From Chthoniobacteraceae bacterium (GTDB taxonomy: Bacteria; Verrucomicrobiota; Verrucomicrobiia; Chthoniobacterales; Chthoniobacteraceae), in the NCBI GenBank assembly GCA_040081625.1, contig JBEBGD010000092.1:1-21882 (forward strand): DNA of 21,882 nt. Direction: 5' to 3'. This document shows, piece by piece, positions 16,465 through 21,882 of the stretch; within the stretch, counting starts at the first letter, position 1, and each line of letters begins with the position of its first letter. Below the pieces are notes generated by a model. The model was not told the origin of the DNA. It saw only the letters and a list, made by a program, of their open reading frames with translations, and searched no databases. The position numbers and the translations under genes are program-made.

Positions 16465-16711
16465 CGAGGATCACCGGCTCGCCTTCCGCGAGCACACGCA
16501 GGCTCGCGCGTGCGCCCATGAGGTTCCCGTAGATGATCTGCACCTCGCCCAGCGCGCCGCCGCCGCCGCCGCGATCAATGTCCGCGCCGAGCCGCTTCGC
16601 GATGGCGTTCACGCGGTCCACGAGGCGGTTGAAATGCGCCTGCAGCGCGGGATCCGTGGACCGGAACGCGTCCACATCCATCTCGAGATCGTCGGGATTG
16701 AAGGGGATCAT
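16448..16711 (-). CDS. Small phage tail-region protein
   Basis: 87 aa; short helix FNRLVDRVNAI and a poly-Gly hinge; ATGA-coupled to the upstream gene. Confidence 0.65.
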   Translation of the reverse strand: MIPFNPDDLEMDVDAFRSTDPALQAHFNRLVDRVNAIAKRLGADIDRGGGGGALGEVQIIYGNLMGARASLRVLAEGEPVILDGSSS

Positions 16712-17433
16712 CCTGCGAAGGCGTTGATGAACTCCGCATCCACCAGCTGCGGCTGTGTGATGAGCCGCTCGGCGACCTCCGTGACGCGATAGACGTGTCC
16801 ATCCGGCGTCGGATCGAACTTCGTGCGGATGCTCTGCACCTTGAAATCGAAGCGGCTCATCAGCGCGGCGGTGGTGTCCGCGCCGGTGAGCACGTCGCCG
16901 TTGCCGTTGCGGAAATGGATCGGCTTCACCCAGCCCTTCACGCCCGCGAACTCCGGGCCGGTGTAGAGATACGGATCGCCCGCGATCTGCGGCTCATCGA
17001 TCGCGGCCCACATGCGGGTGATCGACGGCGAATAATAGACCAGCGTGAGCGCGCCCTCGAAAGGCGACTTCGCGCGCAGCGACACCTCCTTGATCTGCCG
17101 GTTGCGCCGCGAGATCACCACCGGCTCGCGCGCGCCGCCGATGAAGCCGTTGTAGCGCTCGGTGAGCGTCGTGATCGCACCCTCGTCGCGCGTGACGTAA
17201 TCGACGAGACGAAGGTCGCGAAACTGGAAATCCACATCCCCGCGCCGGGCGAGGAAACTCTCCGCGAGATCGCGCCGGCACTTCCATTCGCGCGTGAGCG
17301 TGGTGACGCCGAGCTCGTCGGTGGGCGCGCGAGATCCGGTCTGCAGGATGAGCGTGGTGAGCGCCGGCCGGAAGACGGTGAGCGCGGAAAGATCGGTCGA
17401 TTGACCTTCGTGGGCGATGCGCGGGATGCTCAT
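16708..17433 (-). CDS. Putative distal tail/hub protein
   Basis: 241 aa, beta-rich, ATGA-coupled directly after the TMP; function inferred from position only. Confidence 0.6.
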   Translation of the reverse strand: MSIPRIAHEGQSTDLSALTVFRPALTTLILQTGSRAPTDELGVTTLTREWKCRRDLAESFLARRGDVDFQFRDLRLVDYVTRDEGAITTLTERYNGFIGGAREPVVISRRNRQIKEVSLRAKSPFEGALTLVYYSPSITRMWAAIDEPQIAGDPYLYTGPEFAGVKGWVKPIHFRNGNGDVLTGADTTAALMSRFDFKVQSIRTKFDPTPDGHVYRVTEVAERLITQPQLVDAEFINAFAG

Positions 17434-18659
17434 GTGGTCGATTGCACTTTGCGCTCGATCTGGCCGAGCTTTTCCACGGCCTCGTTGAGCTTGGTCTCGC
17501 TGGCCTCGAGCGCCTTCTTGTGCGCCGCCTCGGCTTGCTTCTCCGGGTCGCGCAGATTCTTCACGCGCTGAAGCTCGTCGGCGCCGAAGCGGCGGGTGAA
17601 GGCGCGATCGGCGCGGGCCTCGGTGCGCGCGGCGCGTTTGTCTTCGCGCTCGGCGGCGTGCCGGCCCGCCGCGGTGAGCTTGAAGCGGTCGAGCTTGAGC
17701 AGTTGCACGTCGTCGCTCTTCTTCACCTGCGCGGCTTCGATCGCGGCCTGTTGAGCCTGGAAGGCTTTATCGACTTCCGCCTGTGCCTTCTCCCGATCGG
17801 TGGCGGCTTTGGCGCGGGCCTCCGGATCGGCATCGTCGTCGCGGATCTTCGGCTTGTTCTCCGGCGGCGCGGCGTTGTCCTCGGCGCGCTGTAGATTGTA
17901 GGCGGCGGCGTGCGCGGCGGCGGCTTCCTTGAGCGATCCTCCGCGCATGAGCGTGTCGTTGAAAGCGAGCATCGCGCCGAAGGCCGCGGCGAGCACCTTC
18001 AGCTTGTCTGCCACGAAGACGAGCGCGGTGCCGAGGCCGACCTTGAGGTTGTTTGTGAGCGTTTTGATTTCGTCGCTGGCCTTGCCGAGCATCGCGATCG
18101 TCTTCGCGTCCATCACCTCGCCGAACTCGGCGCTTCCATCCGCGACGGCCTGAAGCGCCGGCACGAGCGCGAGCGCGGACTTGCCCATGACGGCCACCAT
18201 GTCGGAGGCGTTCATCGCGCTGCCGCCGATCTTCTTCATCAGCTCATCGGGGCTCATCGACTTCAGCTCGTCCACGCTCACGCCGAGCGACGCGAAGTGC
18301 CGCTGCAGCTCGGCGTCGCCGGCGATGGCCTTGTCCTGCGCGATGATGAGCTTGTTCATCCCGCCGGCCATCTCGTCGAGACTCGCGCCGTTGGTCTCCG
18401 CGACCTGCCCCCATTTCTGGAGACTCTCCACGTTCACGCCGAAGCGCTGGCCGAGATCGGCAATCTTGTCGCCGTAGTCGATGACTTCCTTGACCTTGGC
18501 GGCGATGCCGATGGCGGCGAGCTGGCGGCCGATGCCGGCCATCATCCCGCCGCCGGCGGAGACTTCGCTCTTGAACTGGCGCACCTTCCCGCGCGCCTCG
18601 TCGAGGCCGCTTTTGAACTGCGCATTCTTGAGCCCGAGCGTGACGCCGAAGAACTTCAC
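17430..18659 (-). CDS. Tail tape measure protein (short)
   Basis: GTG start 18659 MKFFGVTLGLKNAQFKSGLDEAR; IADLGQRFGVNVESLQKW...FASLGVSVDELKSMSPDEL is TMP-like; helical and Ala-rich; 409 aa. Confidence 0.85.
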   Translation of the reverse strand: MKFFGVTLGLKNAQFKSGLDEARGKVRQFKSEVSAGGGMMAGIGRQLAAIGIAAKVKEVIDYGDKIADLGQRFGVNVESLQKWGQVAETNGASLDEMAGGMNKLIIAQDKAIAGDAELQRHFASLGVSVDELKSMSPDELMKKIGGSAMNASDMVAVMGKSALALVPALQAVADGSAEFGEVMDAKTIAMLGKASDEIKTLTNNLKVGLGTALVFVADKLKVLAAAFGAMLAFNDTLMRGGSLKEAAAAHAAAYNLQRAEDNAAPPENKPKIRDDDADPEARAKAATDREKAQAEVDKAFQAQQAAIEAAQVKKSDDVQLLKLDRFKLTAAGRHAAEREDKRAARTEARADRAFTRRFGADELQRVKNLRDPEKQAEAAHKKALEASETKLNEAVEKLGQIERKVQSTT

Positions 18660-19228
18660 AGGCCCATCTCCTCCTCGGTGTAGCCGGCGGCGAAGGCGTC
18701 GGCGATCATCGCATCGCTCACGATCTGGAGCTGATCGCCCGCGGCCTCGATGCCGCCGGCGATGAACCAGCGCGCCATGCCGGGCGTCTCCGCCCACGCA
18801 TCCGCGCGCGAGTAGCCGAGCTGCATGAGCCCGGCGACGAGGAAGATCGTGGGATGCGTTCGCGCGCTGTGGCCGTCGGGCGTGTCGAGCGGCTTCGGCC
18901 CGGCGCTGTGATGGGAAAAGTAGGCATACCACGCGCCGAGCGCTTCGCCGAAGTCGGCGTAGTTCCGATGGAAGGCGAGCCTCAGACGGTCGAGCGGGCC
19001 GGGCTGCATGGCGCGGCGAAGTGCGCGCGGGCTCGCGTGGGGCGGGAGCGCGCAGATGCGCACGGCGAGCGCGAGGTCCTCGAAGTCGGGCGACTCCGCG
19101 CATTCGTGCAGCATCCCGCAGCCGAGCGCGGCGAGGGTGCGCCAGTGCCAGAGCGTGAAGGGCTGCAGGCGCGTGCCGAGGACGAGGGCTTCCGCCGGCA
19201 GGAAGTGACGGGCGAGCCGGTCTTGCAT
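18656..19228 (-). CDS. Putative tail assembly chaperone
   Basis: 190 aa between tube and TMP; VLGTRLQPFTLWH...LGYSRADAWAETPG; positional inference. Confidence 0.6.
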   Translation of the reverse strand: MQDRLARHFLPAEALVLGTRLQPFTLWHWRTLAALGCGMLHECAESPDFEDLALAVRICALPPHASPRALRRAMQPGPLDRLRLAFHRNYADFGEALGAWYAYFSHHSAGPKPLDTPDGHSARTHPTIFLVAGLMQLGYSRADAWAETPGMARWFIAGGIEAAGDQLQIVSDAMIADAFAAGYTEEEMGL

Positions 19229-19241
19229 GGCGGGCGCCCGG

Positions 19242-19616
19242 CTACGGGCTGTAGTCCGCCGAGTCGGCTTTCTTGAGCTTGAGCTTCACCCGCTGCACCA
19301 TGCCGAAGCCGGTGATCGGCACCGGATCGATGACGACGAACTCCGTCGCCGAGCCATCGATGGTGACCGTCACGAGATCGAGATGCTTCGGCGCCGTCTG
19401 CCCCGAGATGATCGTGGCCTCGAACTCGAGCATCTTCGCCGGGTTCTGTCCGATCTCGCACACGTCCTCCAGATTGTGATCGAGGATCGTCTGCCGGTTC
19501 TGGAACTCGGTGAAGACTTCCTGGAAGGTCGAGGCGTCGATGATGAACGCCGCGATGCCGCTCGGCGCCGCGACGTATTTGAAAGCGACCCCGCGTTGGG
19601 TGGGCGTGGTGGGCAT
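19242..19616 (-). CDS. Putative tail tube (major tail) protein
   Basis: 124 aa, beta-strand-rich, between neck genes and chaperone/TMP; positional inference. Confidence 0.55.
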   Translation of the reverse strand: MPTTPTQRGVAFKYVAAPSGIAAFIIDASTFQEVFTEFQNRQTILDHNLEDVCEIGQNPAKMLEFEATIISGQTAPKHLDLVTVTIDGSATEFVVIDPVPITGFGMVQRVKLKLKKADSADYSP

Positions 19617-19799
19617 TTACTTCTTCGCCTCCGGTTTCGTGGCTGCGGCCGCGGCGGGTTCGGGCGGCGGAAGTGCGGGCTCGAGCGCGGCGACGAGTGC
19701 GCGCTGTTCGGCGAGCTGGCGCTGCTTGCTCGCGATCTGGGATTCGAGATCGGCGATCCGATTGAGGGCAGCCTGGTGTTGATCGGCGATGGCGGACAT
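19617..19799 (-). CDS. Small coiled-coil phage protein
   Basis: 60 aa, heptad pattern LNRIADLESQIASKQRQL; TAA directly abuts the next ATG; CTTTGACA motif upstream. Confidence 0.65.
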   Translation of the reverse strand: MSAIADQHQAALNRIADLESQIASKQRQLAEQRALVAALEPALPPPEPAAAAATKPEAKK

Positions 19800-19815
19800 G
19801 GCGACTGCCGCCGCG

Positions 19816-19823
19816 TGTCAAAG
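19816..19823 (-). promoter_or_regulatory. CTTTGACA motif 16 nt upstream of ATG 19799
   Basis: CTTTGACA-cgcggcggcagtcgcc-ATG. Confidence 0.65.
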
Positions 19824-19885
19824 GTAGAAGCGGCGCCCCGCCGCTTTGCTCGGATCAGATGAAGCGGCGAGGGCGCCGCTTCTAC
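19824..19885. repeat. GTAG-family REP doublet (REPIN-like inverted pair)
   Basis: GTAG-AAGCGGCG-ccc-CGCCGCTT on + and GTAG-AAGCGGCG-ccct-CGCCGCTT on -, with a 15-nt spacer. Confidence 0.8.
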
Positions 19886-20355
19886 GCTGGGAGATGCACG
19901 GCGAAGGTCTTGCGCAGCGTGGTCTCGAAGTTCGGGCCGCTGAAATCGCGCTCGTGCTCGCTGCCCCAGTAGGCGCTCACGCCGAGGGCGGCATCGAGCA
20001 CCATCAGCGCCGCGGCCACGGTGGCGATGCGATCTTCCCCGAAGATGCCGGCGAGCGCCTCGACGCGCTGCTCGTGCAGCGTGAGCCGGTCGGTGGTGTC
20101 GCCGGGCTGCTCCTTGGCATTGGTCACGATGTGGATCGCGAGCGGCACCTCGTAATTCCCCTGGCGCGCGTGGGGCCCGCCGCGCTGGCCGGCTTCGAAC
20201 ACGACGCGATGCTCGGCGGTCTGCGGCGTGAGCGTGTGCCCGAGGCAGAGCGTGACGCCCGCGAGCGGCTCGCCCGCGCCCTGGTAGTTCGCGGCCACGT
20301 AGGCGGCGAGCACGGCTTCGAGCTTGGATTCGGGAGTGACGGGGAGTGCGGGCAT
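19882..20355 (-). CDS. Putative tail terminator/completion protein
   Basis: 157 aa alpha/beta, last neck gene before the tube; positional inference. Confidence 0.55.
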   Translation of the reverse strand: MPALPVTPESKLEAVLAAYVAANYQGAGEPLAGVTLCLGHTLTPQTAEHRVVFEAGQRGGPHARQGNYEVPLAIHIVTNAKEQPGDTTDRLTLHEQRVEALAGIFGEDRIATVAAALMVLDAALGVSAYWGSEHERDFSGPNFETTLRKTFAVHLPA

Positions 20356-20358
20356 GGG

Positions 20359-21138
20359 TCAGGCGGCGTGTTTGCGGCGGAGGTATTCCGTCACCTTCTC
20401 GATCTCTTTCAAGAGGCTCTTCTCAAAGTCATCCTGCGCGCCGTCAATCGCGCGCTGCGGCACGAGGTCGTCGAGATACTTCACATCGTTGAAGAGCGCG
20501 ACGTGCGGATCGTCCGCGCCCTGCGTGCGATCGATGCCGCGACCCGGCGCGGGCTGCTTCATCCAGACCGGCAGCGCGCCGATCTTCGCGCCGGGGATGG
20601 CGCGCGCGGCGGTGATCCAGCCGGACTTCGCCCAGCCGACGCGCTTGACGATCTTCTTGAAGTAGGCCTTCAGCGACTTCGCATCGCTCACGATGACGGG
20701 TTTGACGCCGCGATTCACGCGGCCGCGCGAGTTGCGCATCTTGCGGTGGAGCGCGCCGTCATCCCACTCCATGAGGCTGAGCCGGCCCGCGGAGAGGCCG
20801 AGCTTTTGCAGCATCGCGCGCGCGCCGGCGAGGTCGCCGTTCTTGAGCTTCGCGTAGAAGGCGCCGGCGACTTTGCGGCCGTGCTCGTTGACGAGGTATT
20901 TGTAGGTGCTGCTCGGGCCGATATAGACGCTGCCCACGTCGCGCCACACCGCGGCCTGGCCTTCCTGCTTCGCGGCGAGATCCTTGCCGCGCGGGTAGGT
21001 GGCCTCGGCGAAGTAGCGCGCGACGGCGCCGCTGCGTTCGCGCACGAGCCGGCCGGGCTTCTTCCCTGTGAGTTGCGCGAGATCCATGAAGAGCGCGTCG
21101 ATGCCCTCGCTGTTGAGGGTCATGTTGGACTCGATCAT
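20359..21138 (-). CDS. Putative neck/virion morphogenesis protein
   Basis: 259 aa, basic and helical, with RVGWAKSGW; lies between head-closure and terminator candidates. Confidence 0.55.
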   Translation of the reverse strand: MIESNMTLNSEGIDALFMDLAQLTGKKPGRLVRERSGAVARYFAEATYPRGKDLAAKQEGQAAVWRDVGSVYIGPSSTYKYLVNEHGRKVAGAFYAKLKNGDLAGARAMLQKLGLSAGRLSLMEWDDGALHRKMRNSRGRVNRGVKPVIVSDAKSLKAYFKKIVKRVGWAKSGWITAARAIPGAKIGALPVWMKQPAPGRGIDRTQGADDPHVALFNDVKYLDDLVPQRAIDGAQDDFEKSLLKEIEKVTEYLRRKHAA

Positions 21139-21141
21139 CGC

Positions 21142-21489
21142 TCAGCGCCCTCCCCGCGCGCGCAGCCGGAGCGCGAGCGTGTAGCTGATCGCGTCGTCGC
21201 CCACGGTCTCGATCCGGTAGAGGTCCGCGCCGATCGCGAGGTCGCGCTGCGCGGGCGGGGCGGTGGCGAACTGCGCCTTGGCGGCGACGAGCGTGGCGTC
21301 GTAATCGAGCAGGGCGCCGCCGGCTTCCTCGCCGCCCTCGGCACGCTGCACGCGGTCGAGCACGCCCTCGAACTCGATCGGCTCGTCGTCTTCATCCACA
21401 AAGCCGGCGATGGTGAAGGTCGCGGTGCCGAGCACCTCTGCGGCTTCGTCGAAGGCTTCGCTCATGGCGTCGTCAAAATCGCTGGTCAT
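21142..21489 (-). CDS. Putative head-closure (head-tail joining) protein
   Basis: Start ATG 21489 MTSDFDDAMSEAFDEA; 115 aa, ending IGADLYRIETVGDDAISYTLAL, a gpFII-like strand pattern. Confidence 0.6.
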   Translation of the reverse strand: MTSDFDDAMSEAFDEAAEVLGTATFTIAGFVDEDDEPIEFEGVLDRVQRAEGGEEAGGALLDYDATLVAAKAQFATAPPAQRDLAIGADLYRIETVGDDAISYTLALRLRARGGR

Positions 21490-21517
21490 CGACACGGGAA
21501 GCGCGTCAACTTGCGGA

Positions 21518-21691
21518 GTGAAACCGCCGCCCGCCTGGCTGCTGTCAGGGATCTTTCTCTTCGCCGCGATGGTCGGAACCTCGATCGGGCTCAATCCGGC
21601 CGGCGGGGAACTCAAGGCGTATCATTTCTTCCTCCTCGCGATGGCTCCGTGCCAGTGCTGCGTGGCGGTTGCGCTGCTCCCCCGGAGGTGA
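21518..21691 (+). CDS. Small putative two-TM membrane protein (moron-like)
   Basis: GTG start gives MKPPPAWLLSGIFLFAAMVGTSIG...YHFFLLAMAPCQCCVAVALLPRR, 57 aa; opposite strand to the late genes. Confidence 0.45.
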   Translation: MKPPPAWLLSGIFLFAAMVGTSIGLNPAGGELKAYHFFLLAMAPCQCCVAVALLPRR

Positions 21692-21711
21692 GGGCGGGGC
21701 GGACTTCCCCC

Positions 21712-21882
21712 ATGCGCGCGCTGATCTTCGTCCTCCTCCCGCTCATCGCGGGCGCCGCTCCGCTGCTCCGCGCGGGCCCCACTCCGGCGCCGAAGATCCC
21801 GCGGCACCATGGCCCGTGCACGGGGACGATCGCATCGATGCGCTGCAAGACGTGCGAGTGGTGCAGCTATTGCGGGAAGAAG
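21712..21882 (+). CDS. Cys-rich secreted small protein, 3'-truncated (not in ORF track)
   Basis: MRALIFVLLPLIAGAAPLLRA...GPCTGTIASMRCKTCEWCSYCGKK: signal peptide plus C-x8-C-x2-C-x2-C-x2-C; open to the window end. Confidence 0.65.
   Translation, partial: MRALIFVLLPLIAGAAPLLRAGPTPAPKIPRHHGPCTGTIASMRCKTCEWCSYCGKK

Larger units (their letters stand above)
9785..21882 (-). mobile_element. Prophage late region (siphovirus-like), continuing beyond the window
   Basis: tRNA fragment at the boundary; co-oriented, tightly coupled genes in neck-tube-chaperone-TMP-tip-fibre-lysis order; no sheath gene seen. Confidence 0.92.

Noticed and set aside
17430..19103. 557-aa version of the tape measure ORF
   Set aside because: The upstream part overlaps the chaperone gene out of frame; GTG 18659 with GTGA coupling is the plausible start.
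19245..19254. CGGGCTGTAG resembling the 5' end of the target tRNA-Pro
   Set aside because: Opposite strand to the fragment, inside the tube gene's last codons, and no D arm follows; probably chance.
1..21882. CRISPR array, rRNA, IS transposase, integrase
   Set aside because: No spaced repeat array or recognisable motifs for these in the window.

Overview
High-GC bacterial window in two parts; a Verrucomicrobiota-like host is inferred from the gene style and not verified. Bases 1-9540 are host genes: a PDZ protein (5'-truncated), yhbY, an exported msrA, a propeller-like lipoprotein, two tandem ThuA-like proteins split by a hexamer-periodic palindrome, a Gfo/Idh/MocA oxidoreductase, two hypotheticals, and an adk / Zn-ribbon / fmt / uracil-DNA glycosylase operon. 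At 9785-9814 a 30-bp 3' fragment of a tRNA (probably tRNA-Pro) marks a prophage attachment site. The prophage late region runs on the minus strand from 21489 to 9927: neck genes, tail tube, chaperone, short tape measure protein, tail-tip proteins, tail fibre, and a holin / DUF1353 / CHAP-endolysin cassette. A divergent small-gene cassette sits at the right edge. Most unusual signals: (i) an octamer CTTTGACA 14-16 nt upstream of the ATG at late-module starts, too close to be a normal -35 box; (ii) a tail-fibre-like protein with a classical Sec signal peptide; (iii) a prfB-type CTT-TGA-C site whose +1 frame fuses two tail-tip genes; (iv) REP-type elements built into phage genes; (v) a lysis cassette with DUF1353 and no visible spanins. 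All calls come from reading the sequence; no searches were run.
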